Source: Microgenomates group bacterium GW2011_GWC1_46_15 (GTDB lineage Bacteria > Patescibacteriota > Microgenomatia > UBA1400 > UBA12028). Taken from it: a DNA stretch of 64,000 nucleotides. Location: positions 30 through 64,029 of the forward strand of contig LCLX01000001.1 in assembly GCA_001002285.1 (NCBI GenBank), in the 5' to 3' direction. The notes beneath the pieces were generated by a model. That model did not search any database and was not told the origin of the DNA. It saw only the letters and a program-made list of their open reading frames with translations. The translations under genes and the position numbers were made by a program. How positions within the stretch are numbered: position 1 is the stretch's first letter; each line of letters starts with the position of its first letter. Below are positions 20,430 to 30,191 of this stretch, piece after piece.

Positions 20430-21404
20430 TTATTGCGTAACCGCAGTGGTGATAATTTCGATGTGAGTGGGAAGCCCCTGTGCATTTTTTGCCGTTCCAC
20501 CAAAGCGGTAATAGGGAATATATGTTTGATCGGATGAAGTAAAACGGTACTCAATGTGTACAGAGTCAAACACAGCTTCGGTAAGAGCGCTAAGTGATAA
20601 AACATTTCCACCAACGATAGCAGAAGAAACAACTGTTCCTTTTCCACCCCGCAAGTTTTCAAGAGCCTGATTCATAGAAAGAGGAGTAATGTTTTTATCT
20701 TGTGTGGGTTGTGGTGGAACTATACTAAACTTCAGCTTTGCAATAGTCCCATCTGAACGAACAAAGGCCAATGCGGTTGGAGCAATTGTGCTTTCAAAGA
20801 AAACAGGGTATTCGTTGAGTGAAAATATAAAAGGAATGCTTGCAAGGTTTGCAACGATCCGATCTGCTTTTTCAAGATCATGTGTTTCTAAGAAAAATAA
20901 TGTATTTTTTCTATCAGGCAACAGGTGTTCTGTGTTAAAACCCAAAGAAGCAAGAAGGATTTCGGCGTTTTGAATACTGTTTGTAAATGTTTGTTCCAAC
21001 TGAAAGGTTGTTTTTGACGGCGATCCTCCTTGGCGGGAATACTCGACAGAACGGGAAACTTTGCTGTATGAAATTTCTTCCTGCGTTGATGGATTTGTCC
21101 ATACTCCCGCGTATGTTCCGGGTGGAAGAGCAAGTTTTTTAGCAAGAGCGGAAGCAAACTCTTCTGGTAACTGAGTTTTTCCGCTGGTATATGTTGCAAG
21201 TGTTAGGGGAAGAGTTGGCGCTGTTCCGGTGAAAGAAAATGATTGTATTGAAAGTTTTGGAACAATAGCAGGAATGTTTTGTTCAGCGCCTTCGGGCAGG
21301 GTGGGTTTTTTAGAACGTGAAAAGAGCACAAACCCAATGGCGAGCACCATGATAACAATACATAGAATAATCCAAGATGATTTTTTTGAAAAAGTGAAGT
21401 TCAT
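20430..21404 (-). CDS. membrane-anchored hypothetical protein in secretion locus
   Basis: N-terminal TM, C-terminal YIPYYRFGG; start overlaps the stop of the upstream gene. Confidence 0.65.
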   Translation of the reverse strand: MNFTFSKKSSWIILCIVIMVLAIGFVLFSRSKKPTLPEGAEQNIPAIVPKLSIQSFSFTGTAPTLPLTLATYTSGKTQLPEEFASALAKKLALPPGTYAGVWTNPSTQEEISYSKVSRSVEYSRQGGSPSKTTFQLEQTFTNSIQNAEILLASLGFNTEHLLPDRKNTLFFLETHDLEKADRIVANLASIPFIFSLNEYPVFFESTIAPTALAFVRSDGTIAKLKFSIVPPQPTQDKNITPLSMNQALENLRGGKGTVVSSAIVGGNVLSLSALTEAVFDSVHIEYRFTSSDQTYIPYYRFGGTAKNAQGLPTHIEIITTAVTQ

Positions 21405-24400
21405 AATGTACTCGTATTGTATCCCGGATCGCATTTCGACCGAACTTCTCCATCCATTATTGGTGGTTCCTGGACGATTTCATCACGGTATGCCCCGTGA
21501 ACCTCATAGTGTACGTGTGGCCCCGTTGAATGGCCGCTACTATTTACCGTTCCAATAACGTCTCCAATAGAAACAGAAGCCTCTGTCCCCGCACCAAAGT
21601 TACCAAAATCGTTGAGGTGTCCAAAGAAAAACACGAGATCTTTTCCGTTTATTGTTGACTTAAGGATGACGTGGTTTCCGTACCCACAATCTATGCCGAA
21701 TGCACTAGCAATACTACAAATTCCAAATCCTTCTGGGTAAAATGTTGCAACTCCGGGATACGGAGCGTATACCGGAGCACCCGTTGGCGCACCAATGTCA
21801 ATCGCTTGTCCACCAAGTCCTGGTCCTACACCACACACATTTTGCCCGGAAAGCCCCGTTTCACACCCATGATGAACGCCGTGAGTGCCACCACCGAGCC
21901 GTGAAGAATAAACATCGAGTCCATTCACTTGTCCGCTCGTTGGCCAGCATCCCTGATTACCAACTCCAGTTGCGTATATTGCAGAACGAATACTGCCTTC
22001 TACTGATGTTTGAAATGCCAACTGCCGTTGTTGTTGTGTAAGTGCCCCCCATCCCAAAACTCCAAGCCCTGTTGTGGCGACAACCGCTCCGGAGAATCCG
22101 CCGACCGTTCCAAGCCCCGCGCTTAACTGAGTCATAAAAGATGAAAATCCGGCACCAAGCCCAGTGAAAAATTTTGTTAGTCCACCTAGGGCCCATTTTC
22201 CAACAGCAGCAAAAAGATTTTTTGTTACTCCAAGGAGACCCGAAAGATTTGCGACTCCTTGTGAAAAAAACCACTTTGCTCCTTGCCAAATTGCCCATCC
22301 AATAAGACCCAAAATAAGTGCGATCGCGGCCATAATACCGGCAAGGATCGCGAGCAACAACTTGAGTTGTTTCCCAGTCATCTCAACAAGCTTGTTGTAT
22401 GCGTCTTGAATAATTGGGCCAAGAACTGGAATTTGCGAAGCAATTTGAATAACTTGGTTGAGTTTTTCAATGGCGGCAGCGGCTTCAGGTCCAAGAACGC
22501 CAGCGGCTAATATCGTAAGCACAAATTGACCCAACTGCCGGTCAAGATTGTTTTTATCCTGCGCGCCAGTAAACATTGGCGAGTTTTGTCCGGCAGAAAA
22601 TCCCTCACCCATGAATTCGCTCAACGCGCTTCCGGCCTCAAACAGCCCATCGTCACCGATATTTTGAAGATACAAAAACTGCACAAAATCCTGGCTCACG
22701 CCGTACTGCATAAAAAGCTGGTACAGCTGAGTTGTTTTCTCTTTTTGATGAAGCTGTTTCCATACCGTTGCAGAAAACGGTGTCGTAGGCGCGAATTGAT
22801 TCACTAAGTATTCCTGTATGCCTTGTGGTTGGCCAAGAAAATTCTGTATATGTTGATTGAGGGTTCCGCGGAAACGAGCACCGGCCTGATTTGGCTGAGG
22901 GGAAGTGCCATACAATCCCGCGGCAACCTCCTTAAATCCGAACGCCTGCAGCGCTTTTTCAACACCTAGCGTTACTTGCGGCCGCACCCCGTGTGTGGGA
23001 TCGGCATACAATACGCCGTTTTGATGCGTGAGCGCATAGATTTGTTGGCGGTGCGCGGAAATATAATGCAAAAAGAATGACTGCCAAGAGAATGCTTGCA
23101 CTCCGGCGGCTTTTGCGCGTGCGATCTCGGCCTCAAGATTTCTTTGTATCGTTGGACTTTGAAAAAGATCACTAAACAACCGTTCAAACGCTTTTTCATC
23201 CATCCGATCAACATTTGCTCGTGTAATTGCCAACGCTTTAAGTCGCAAAAGTACACCGTTAATATCTTGTTCGGGCACATGAATAGTTGTTAAAAATGTG
23301 CGGAGGTTTTTTTCAAGTGAGTCGGTATATGCCTCAGACGAGCGGATATCGGAGCCCGCTTTTTGATTAAACTCCGCGATTTTTTGAAGATTTGCTTCAA
23401 GCTCTTTACCATTTTCTTGATTTTTTAAAACGCCGCTGAATGTTGCGTTATCAATATTCTGTGCGATGGTTGCGGGTGTAATGGAGGCAAACTGCTGGGC
23501 AAACCGCTTTTTTGCCTGCACCTTGTTTTCAAACAATTTTCCATTTGTGGAGTTGAGCGCATCGAATAGCGCGTCTTGGAATGATCTCTTTGTTTGCGCG
23601 CGAATCATGATATCGCGGAACAACCGAAGTCGGGCGCCCGTTTTTCCAACATCTTCTGGCCGGAGTTTTTGCAGTTCAAGCAAAATAAATGGATATAACT
23701 CGTCGCGCGACTTAAAAAATGTGTTACGGAATACCACAAACTGCTGGTCATTTACACCATACGAAGCAGCGATACCACGAAGCACCGCCTCACGGATGCG
23801 TTCAGCCTCTTTGAGATACGCAATGTTAAACTTGTCGACGTCTTGCGCACGCGCATACAGGTCTTTATCAATAGGCTGGGGCGGTTTTTGTTCCTCCTGT
23901 TTCTTTTTCTCCTTTTCCTCCTTCTCTTTCTTCTTGTCTTTTTCGATGATGGGAATTGGAATACCAGCACCACCGCTAGTTTCTCCTTGTGCCTTCACAA
24001 CTTCTTCTGCAGTCTCTTCCTCTTTTTTGAGTTCTTCTATCGCCCCAATGGGCAAAACGATTGACTGCGCTTCTTCCAAACACGCAACCAGCAACGCCGC
24101 ATCATCAATGTCATTCTGCTTGCGCGCCGGCGTATATCCCTCAAGTTTTACCGCGCCAAATCGCGCGCTTTGCGCCCGTTCATTAAATACTTGCTGCTTA
24201 TGAAAAATGTCGAGATCAAACTCTTCGGGAATTTGCAGGCGAATGGTAATCAGCAAACTCAAGAGTTTATTGAGTGAAATATGATATCCGCCATCACTGT
24301 CCGGTGTTACGGCGAGCTCGGCGAGCAGAACATCGCGCCCCGCATTTGTCTGAAGCTCATGCAAGAGATGTGCCGCATTCTCAATATCGCGCTGAGAAAA

Positions 24401-24490
24401 CGGAACTTTTTGCAAGCGGTACACAACACTCTGAAGCTTGTGATTTGTAAGCCGTACTTCTGGAAAAAACTTTCGCGCAGCGTCTGCCAT
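21401..24490 (-). CDS. large membrane protein with C-terminal M23 peptidase domain
   Basis: AIDIGAPTGAPVYAP, GYGNHV, FFGHL, GHSTGPHVHYEV; TM segments ahead of the domain; ATG 24490 follows TACAAT. Confidence 0.82.
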   Translation of the reverse strand: MADAARKFFPEVRLTNHKLQSVVYRLQKVPFSQRDIENAAHLLHELQTNAGRDVLLAELAVTPDSDGGYHISLNKLLSLLITIRLQIPEEFDLDIFHKQQVFNERAQSARFGAVKLEGYTPARKQNDIDDAALLVACLEEAQSIVLPIGAIEELKKEEETAEEVVKAQGETSGGAGIPIPIIEKDKKKEKEEKEKKKQEEQKPPQPIDKDLYARAQDVDKFNIAYLKEAERIREAVLRGIAASYGVNDQQFVVFRNTFFKSRDELYPFILLELQKLRPEDVGKTGARLRLFRDIMIRAQTKRSFQDALFDALNSTNGKLFENKVQAKKRFAQQFASITPATIAQNIDNATFSGVLKNQENGKELEANLQKIAEFNQKAGSDIRSSEAYTDSLEKNLRTFLTTIHVPEQDINGVLLRLKALAITRANVDRMDEKAFERLFSDLFQSPTIQRNLEAEIARAKAAGVQAFSWQSFFLHYISAHRQQIYALTHQNGVLYADPTHGVRPQVTLGVEKALQAFGFKEVAAGLYGTSPQPNQAGARFRGTLNQHIQNFLGQPQGIQEYLVNQFAPTTPFSATVWKQLHQKEKTTQLYQLFMQYGVSQDFVQFLYLQNIGDDGLFEAGSALSEFMGEGFSAGQNSPMFTGAQDKNNLDRQLGQFVLTILAAGVLGPEAAAAIEKLNQVIQIASQIPVLGPIIQDAYNKLVEMTGKQLKLLLAILAGIMAAIALILGLIGWAIWQGAKWFFSQGVANLSGLLGVTKNLFAAVGKWALGGLTKFFTGLGAGFSSFMTQLSAGLGTVGGFSGAVVATTGLGVLGWGALTQQQRQLAFQTSVEGSIRSAIYATGVGNQGCWPTSGQVNGLDVYSSRLGGGTHGVHHGCETGLSGQNVCGVGPGLGGQAIDIGAPTGAPVYAPYPGVATFYPEGFGICSIASAFGIDCGYGNHVILKSTINGKDLVFFFGHLNDFGNFGAGTEASVSIGDVIGTVNSSGHSTGPHVHYEVHGAYRDEIVQEPPIMDGEVRSKCDPGYNTSTL

Positions 24491-24514
24491 ATCCGTATTG
24501 TATCTCAAACATGA

Positions 24515-26293
24515 TTACGAGATTGAAGAAAAAGAGGCGGACATCACCCGATTGAGAGGAAGAAGGGTGGATTGAATAAGCTCGCTCGCTCCAACGCGGC
24601 CAAACTGAAAAAAATCTGTTGCGGTTGGATCAGAAAACTCCCCGGCCCCCGTTGTTGTGCGCGAATCATCAGCAAAACTATTCTTTTCCCACGTCAGCTC
24701 GCACCGCCAACACACACCGCACTCACCAACAAAGTCTGTGTTTCCGCACGCGACACATGTTCCTTGTTTGAAGTTCTGGTCAAACCGTTCTTTGCCGATC
24801 AACTGCGCAATTTGATCCTTAGTAAACACGTGGCCACGGTCTTTAATCGCGGTAAACAACTCAGCCGAACCCATGCTCGGCAACCCAAGCCCCTGCATAA
24901 ATGAGGTGCTGTTTGCCATTTCGGTAAACCGCGTGAGTCCGCCAAAACTTCCAACCGTACAATCTAAACCAGAGTACATGCGGGATAAAACATTTCCCAT
25001 AGAAGGAGCCTTTTCAACCAAAGAGAGAAGATGAGTATTGCGTTGTTTCTGTAGTTGAATATCTGTCGTGTGGGCAGAGCGGTTTTCTGGATTAAAACTT
25101 TCTGTATATTGTGCGAGTGCTGCTTGAGTATCAAATGTTTTTTTCTTGTGCAGAAACGTATTCATGACGATGTCGAGGGCAACACGATTGAGGACGAACT
25201 CCCGCGTGTGATCAATGATGCCGTGCGCGCGGAGACGTTCAAACCGCGCATATTCTTCCAATAATACCGTCGAAATATACTCTGTGGCAGATTGAATAAC
25301 TGGAGACAGTTCAGAAAACTGACCAAGCGCAGTTTGTTGTTCTATAAAAAGTTGTTTGAATTTTTCATGCGATTGGAGCTGGGCAATCATCTCGCCAAAA
25401 AACTCCATCGCTCCTAAGGGCTGATAGTGTGAATCAACTGTAAAGACGGTATTCATAATATCGTTTTCGGTTGGCCGCACTGCAGAATCTTTTTGAGCAA
25501 ACTGCAGTGCCCGCACTTGTTCTTCATGCCCAAGCCGATTAAGGTATTGATGAATCAATACAACTCGCTGTTTTCCTTCAGGAAGCCAGGGAACATATAC
25601 CTCTTGCCACACATTCCAAAATGCTGTTTTCCCGGGATACACATCAAGATTTTGTGGAAGAACAAAAAAATGTTTGGGCCCAACAAGTGGCCGGCGCGTT
25701 TCATCTACATGTTTTTGCAAATCAATGTCATGAGGGAGGGCGCCTTCATATGGGACAAGGCCCGCCGGGATTGTCTCTCCATCTACATATTCTAGAAGCG
25801 CATGTGGACATATAGTATTGAACTCCTGAATAACTGTAGCAACACGTTCAACCTGTTTTTTTTCCAGAACAAACCGCGCGCGATATTCCGCATTTGCCGC
25901 GTGTTCAACCGCCCGCGCGCTTAAATCACGCAAATCATCATTTCCGTGATCCGGACTCAGGAGGCGCAACGCCCCATCTTCTTGTGGTTCGATAGTAAGA
26001 TAGCGCTGATCGTATACGGGAAAGCCAAGAATTTCTTTGAGTGCGTCGGTAAGTTGACGGCCGACAATTGCAGAAAGTTCAAACTTGATCTTTTCATATC
26101 TTTGTTGCGGTGACTCATGTTCGTATTTTTTGAAAAGATTGGGAAGAATGTAATCAAACACGTGGGAAAGGTTGAAGTGAGCGGCAACTTCGTGATTATT
26201 TTGTTGTCGTTTGGGCTGTTCAAATAGTTCCGATTGTCCAAATTGGTTGCGTTGATCAAACTGAATAGACTCAATAGTAGTGGTGCGCGCCAT
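24515..26293 (-). CDS. hypothetical protein with C-terminal Cys cluster (putative Zn finger)
   Basis: 592 aa; CVACG...VGECGVCWRC; no signal peptide. Confidence 0.75.
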   Translation of the reverse strand: MARTTTIESIQFDQRNQFGQSELFEQPKRQQNNHEVAAHFNLSHVFDYILPNLFKKYEHESPQQRYEKIKFELSAIVGRQLTDALKEILGFPVYDQRYLTIEPQEDGALRLLSPDHGNDDLRDLSARAVEHAANAEYRARFVLEKKQVERVATVIQEFNTICPHALLEYVDGETIPAGLVPYEGALPHDIDLQKHVDETRRPLVGPKHFFVLPQNLDVYPGKTAFWNVWQEVYVPWLPEGKQRVVLIHQYLNRLGHEEQVRALQFAQKDSAVRPTENDIMNTVFTVDSHYQPLGAMEFFGEMIAQLQSHEKFKQLFIEQQTALGQFSELSPVIQSATEYISTVLLEEYARFERLRAHGIIDHTREFVLNRVALDIVMNTFLHKKKTFDTQAALAQYTESFNPENRSAHTTDIQLQKQRNTHLLSLVEKAPSMGNVLSRMYSGLDCTVGSFGGLTRFTEMANSTSFMQGLGLPSMGSAELFTAIKDRGHVFTKDQIAQLIGKERFDQNFKQGTCVACGNTDFVGECGVCWRCELTWEKNSFADDSRTTTGAGEFSDPTATDFFQFGRVGASELIQSTLLPLNRVMSASFSSIS

Positions 26294-26315
26294 AAAAACC
26301 CCTCTTGAGGAGGGG
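26294..26315 (-). terminator. terminator / SD-sequestering hairpin (riboswitch expression platform)
   Basis: Minus strand CCCCTC-CTCAA-GAGGGG-TTTTT directly before ATG 26293. Confidence 0.7.
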
Positions 26316-26351
26316 ATAATGTTTCAACCAAGCGCACTCGCGTGCGTGTGC

Positions 26352-26484
26352 ATCTCCCTCGCTCGGAGATCAACACAATGTCTCGTTCCTGACTTTCGAG
26401 GCTAGGGGTTGCGTTGTCGCTTTTACCACCAGCGCTCGATTCACAGTTGCGGCACAGTCCGCGATTTGCACGCGGTTCCGAGTA
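26352..26484 (-). promoter_or_regulatory. cobalamin (B12) riboswitch-like element
   Basis: Minus strand CTCGGAA-CCGCG-TGCAAAT-CGCGG-ACTGTGCCGCAACTGTGA...AAGTCAGGAACGAG, then hairpin ATCTCC-GAGCGAG-GGAGAT; extended -10 TGnTACACT at 26499-26491. Confidence 0.8.
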
Positions 26485-26525
26485 AGAAAGAGTGTAACAT
26501 GAAAAAAGATTTGCGAAAAGTCTTA

Positions 26526-26577
26526 CAACTCAGCCCCTCAACTTAGCCTTTCAACTCAGCCTCGCAATGTAGCCCCT
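26526..26577. repeat. four degenerate 13-bp tandem repeats
   Basis: CAACTCAGCCCCT / CAACTTAGCCTTT / CAACTCAGCCTCG / CAATGTAGCCCCT. Confidence 0.7.
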
Positions 26578-26620
26578 TCGACTCTTGTGTGGCCACCGTA
26601 AACTACCACCATAAACACAC

Positions 26621-26657
26621 TTGACTCTATTCCCAATTGCACATATAATCATGTGCA
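26621..26657 (+). promoter_or_regulatory. sigma70 promoter with overlapping inverted repeat (AbiE operator candidate)
   Basis: TTGACT-17bp-TATAAT; IR TGCACAT-N6-ATGTGCA at 26638-26657. Confidence 0.7.
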
Positions 26658-26658
26658 T

Positions 26659-27303
26659 ATGGAAATAAACTATAAATCCTTGATTTCAGAAAGTACTACC
26701 CCCTTTTTTACCAGACAAAATCTAAAAATACTTTTAGGACGCAATCGACGCACAGTGGACTATCGCATCAAGTCTTTAATCAAAGACGGAATATTGGTCG
26801 CGGTGAAATCCGGATTTTATATCAATAATGTCTTGTATAAAAGCACTTCTACCCCCAAAGACATGGTTCTCTATATAGGTGGGATATTGGTGCCACAAAG
26901 TTATGTTTCTCTGGAATATGCGTTGTCTTTTTATGGTTTTTTGGCTGAGCAGGTATACACCGTCACATATATCACAACGCAAAAGACCAGAAAGTTTCAA
27001 AATAACCTTTTCAGTTTCTCGTACCGGAACATAAAACCGGCGCTGTATTGGGGATATATGAAACGCCCTTTTGGAGACTTGTCTTATCAGATGGCCAGTC
27101 CCGCCAAAGCAATGTTTGATTTTCTCTATTTGACTCCAGCGGGGACTGATCAAGCAACCAGAAATTTGTTGTTTGACTCACGATTCAATTGGGGAGCGTT
27201 CTCCGCCAAAGATAAAAAGGAATTTCAAGAGATTATAGAAAAATCCACATCAAAAAAGATGGCAAATATACTGAAATACCTGACACAGGAGAATGTTATA
27301 TGA
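26659..27303 (+). CDS. type IV TA antitoxin, AbiEi-like
   Basis: N-terminal wHTH-like region; SYVSLEYALSFYG and ASPAKAMFDFLY motifs; coupled to AbiEii. Confidence 0.8.
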   Translation: MEINYKSLISESTTPFFTRQNLKILLGRNRRTVDYRIKSLIKDGILVAVKSGFYINNVLYKSTSTPKDMVLYIGGILVPQSYVSLEYALSFYGFLAEQVYTVTYITTQKTRKFQNNLFSFSYRNIKPALYWGYMKRPFGDLSYQMASPAKAMFDFLYLTPAGTDQATRNLLFDSRFNWGAFSAKDKKEFQEIIEKSTSKKMANILKYLTQENVI

Positions 27304-28052
27304 ACAACCAAGGCATGTATCAAAGGAATGTCATCAAAGAACGTTTGCAGGATGAAATTCTACGTTTTATCTACAACAACGATGTGTATAGCGAATTAAT
27401 TTTTACGGGGGGGACGTGTCTACGTAAAGTATATGGTCTTAATCGCTTGTCCGAAGATCTGGATTTTGATTTTTCTCCCGATGTCTCATTTGACACTAAG
27501 ATATTTGCCAAAGACGTAAGGACATATCTATCGGCGGATACCAGAATATCCGGCAATAATAATACAGTGTTTGTCAAATTCCCCGACAACATTTTTGTAC
27601 GATGTGACTTTTCCCCGATTATCTTAGGGGAATATCAAATACAAAAGAGCTTGATTATGGCTGACAATTGTCAATTTTTTGTTAATGCATATGATTTACC
27701 CACTCTTTATGCCAACAAAATAGCGGCTTTTTTAAGTAGAAACTTTTTTAAAGGAAAGTTTCAAAAAATTCCTTTCAAAGGCCGCGACATTTATGATTTG
27801 TATTGGCTCCTTCAGCTTTCGGCAAAAACAGGATACACCCTCAAACCGAACATCCCACGATTAATGGCCCTTTTGGGAAAAGATTCTTTGCTGGAAATAA
27901 AGAATTTTGTCAAAGACAAGATATGTGCAGTAGATCCGCAGTTTGTTTACAATGACCTGTCCCCGCTTATTGAATCTAAAGAGTTTTTGGATCAGTTTTT
28001 ACAAGATTTTGGGAAAACAATTGTCAATCAACTAGACTATGTTTTAACATAA
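27300..28052 (+). CDS. AbiEii/AbiGii nucleotidyltransferase toxin
   Basis: IFTGGTCLR, RLSEDLDF, ANKIAAFL, KGRDIYDL. Confidence 0.88.
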   Translation: MNNQGMYQRNVIKERLQDEILRFIYNNDVYSELIFTGGTCLRKVYGLNRLSEDLDFDFSPDVSFDTKIFAKDVRTYLSADTRISGNNNTVFVKFPDNIFVRCDFSPIILGEYQIQKSLIMADNCQFFVNAYDLPTLYANKIAAFLSRNFFKGKFQKIPFKGRDIYDLYWLLQLSAKTGYTLKPNIPRLMALLGKDSLLEIKNFVKDKICAVDPQFVYNDLSPLIESKEFLDQFLQDFGKTIVNQLDYVLT

Positions 28053-28097
28053 AAGTAATACATATTGACAAAGTATTACTTTATATAGTAGTATTAC
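28052..28097 (+). promoter_or_regulatory. promoter and operator of the AbrB-PIN TA pair
   Basis: IR AAAGTAATAC...GTATTACTTT flanking TTGACA (28065); TAGTAT 6 nt before ATG. Confidence 0.7.
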
Positions 28098-28100
28098 CAC

Positions 28101-28331
28101 ATGCACACAGCAACAATAACACAAAAAGGGCAAATAACGATTCCCTTGGTCTTGAGGGAAGCCTTTGGATTAAGAGCGTACGGTAAAGCCAGGCTGGAAC
28201 AAGGAGATGGTTTCATCAAGGTATACGCGCAGGAGGACATTTTGGATTTAGTTGATACATTTGTTCCCAAAGTGAAAAAACCACTCATGAAAACCCGCGA
28301 GGCGTTTGAAAAGAAATATACGAGGTTTTAA
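28101..28331 (+). CDS. AbrB/MazE/SpoVT family antitoxin
   Basis: ATITQKGQITIPLVLREAFGL. Confidence 0.88.
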   Translation: MHTATITQKGQITIPLVLREAFGLRAYGKARLEQGDGFIKVYAQEDILDLVDTFVPKVKKPLMKTREAFEKKYTRF

Positions 28332-28750
28332 TGATCTATTTTATAGATACAAACATTTTTTTGAGAGTTCTCATACGGGAAAACGAAAGCGCGTTTCAGC
28401 AGAGTAAAGCCTTTTTAGAGATGGTAAAACGCAATGTATATGACGCGGTAACAAGCACGATGGTGATTTCCGAAATAGTGTGGACTCTGGGCTCCTATTA
28501 CAAATTTCCAAAGAAAAAAGTACTACGGACAATACAAGGAATACTTCATCTCAGCGGGCTAAAAATCGTGGACGAATACGATATAAACAAATCTCTTGCA
28601 CTCTATGAATCCCACACATGTAAATACATAGACGCCATGATCGCAGGAATGCCGGGGGTACAGTCGGGCGCCTGGAACATCGTTTCCTATGATAAGGAGT
28701 TTGACAAATTGGGTGTCAAAAGAGTGGTGCCCGCAAAATTGTTGAAATAG
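28331..28750 (+). CDS. PIN-domain (VapC-like) toxin
   Basis: FIDTNIFLR, VISEIVW, YIDAMI, SYDKEFD acidic tetrad. Confidence 0.9.
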   Translation: MIYFIDTNIFLRVLIRENESAFQQSKAFLEMVKRNVYDAVTSTMVISEIVWTLGSYYKFPKKKVLRTIQGILHLSGLKIVDEYDINKSLALYESHTCKYIDAMIAGMPGVQSGAWNIVSYDKEFDKLGVKRVVPAKLLK

Positions 28751-28795
28751 TATTGATTGTTATTCCCCTCCTTTTTCGTTAGTATGGAAGCTACT

Positions 28796-30169
28796 ATGAG
28801 TGATGGAAACTTTGAGGGCGGAGCTCCGTCCACATCAGCACCAATAGCTCCGGTAGTAGATACGCCGGCGGTGCAGCCACCTCCATCCAATGAGGTCTCT
28901 GTAGAACAAGAGGCAACCAAGCGGTGGACTCCACCAAATCTTGATGACATTCCAGAGATGAAAAACGCAAAAAAACTTGGAGACAAAGAAACAAGCACAG
29001 ACTATGCGGCGTTCAAAAAAAGAGATAAGGATGGGAGCCTCATTCACGTTGATTTATCTGGAATGACCGACGAACAGAAAGAAAAAATCGATGGAATAGA
29101 CACATACTACGAGTTTGGGGGACAAACCGCGTATCATGATTTTGCAACATGGGCGGCCTCCGAAAAAGTTGGATTGTATGAGGAAAGGAAAAGCGAAGGC
29201 GGCCAAACAATAGGATTTCTTCCAAAAGAAGGAGTAAGTGTTAAAGACGCGTTTGATAGATTTCTCATTGAATCAGATAAAGGAAAAGCTATCGTCGCTT
29301 CAAAAACGACAGAAGTAGAAAAACAACGCGTGCGCCAAGAAGCAGATGGAGAATTTCTTGAGGGGATTGAAAAAGCGGTCGAAGACAGGAATTTGGGGGA
29401 GTTTACGCGACTGTATAGAGAAAGAATACAAAACGTCCTTAGAGATGGGGGGTTGAGCGATCAAGAAGTTGAAGAAATTTTTTCTTCGCAGAACGCATTT
29501 GTCCAAACGCTGAGAGAAATTGCAAGTAAAGGTGATCAAGATACAGAGGAAAAACCAACTGATGATGGAGTAAAAAAAGAACCCAAAACCCCTCTTGAAA
29601 AACTACTAGCGGGGGGAGATGAAGGAAGGCTAAAGAAACTACGAAAAAAACTTGGAGAACTTGATTTTTCTGCAGCGACAAACTTTGGAGAATCAATAGC
29701 CGCCGCAATTGAAAATGAAATGGACCTAGGAATACTTATTGATTATTTCTGCACAGGAAGGTATTACGACAAAATTGCGAAGAGCTTGGGATATAAATCA
29801 AAAGAAGAACTTGGGACAAAAGGAATTGGTCCCTCGGAAATTGAAGACTATACAAAAAGAGATCCCAAAAAAGAACTTCTCCTTTTAGCCAAGGGATTGG
29901 AAGAGGCGAGAATCATATCGGAAGAAGAATATAGAACCTATCTTGAGAGCGATTCCGCAGAAATATTAAAAAGTGAAGAATTTAGAAAAAAATTATCCAA
30001 TATTTCGAAAGAAAATAAACATAAATTTGATGAAGGGATTGTGAAAGAAATGAATAGGCTTGGACATGAAATCTCAAGAGAAGGGTTTGCATATTTAATG
30101 ATGATTCCTGAAAATGTAAAAAATCTTGGAGGAAATCAAACAAAAAACGAAGAACATGAGCAAGAGTAA
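28796..30169 (+). CDS. large acidic hypothetical protein
   Basis: Long E/K-rich ORF, Pro-rich N-terminus, no TM or signal peptide. Confidence 0.7.
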   Translation: MSDGNFEGGAPSTSAPIAPVVDTPAVQPPPSNEVSVEQEATKRWTPPNLDDIPEMKNAKKLGDKETSTDYAAFKKRDKDGSLIHVDLSGMTDEQKEKIDGIDTYYEFGGQTAYHDFATWAASEKVGLYEERKSEGGQTIGFLPKEGVSVKDAFDRFLIESDKGKAIVASKTTEVEKQRVRQEADGEFLEGIEKAVEDRNLGEFTRLYRERIQNVLRDGGLSDQEVEEIFSSQNAFVQTLREIASKGDQDTEEKPTDDGVKKEPKTPLEKLLAGGDEGRLKKLRKKLGELDFSAATNFGESIAAAIENEMDLGILIDYFCTGRYYDKIAKSLGYKSKEELGTKGIGPSEIEDYTKRDPKKELLLLAKGLEEARIISEEEYRTYLESDSAEILKSEEFRKKLSNISKENKHKFDEGIVKEMNRLGHEISREGFAYLMMIPENVKNLGGNQTKNEEHEQE

Positions 30170-30191
30170 TATTGCATGGTAAAATAACGGT

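Noticed and set aside
26526-26577. CRISPR array
   Set aside because: Units are 13 bp, contiguous and spacer-less; no cas genes in the window
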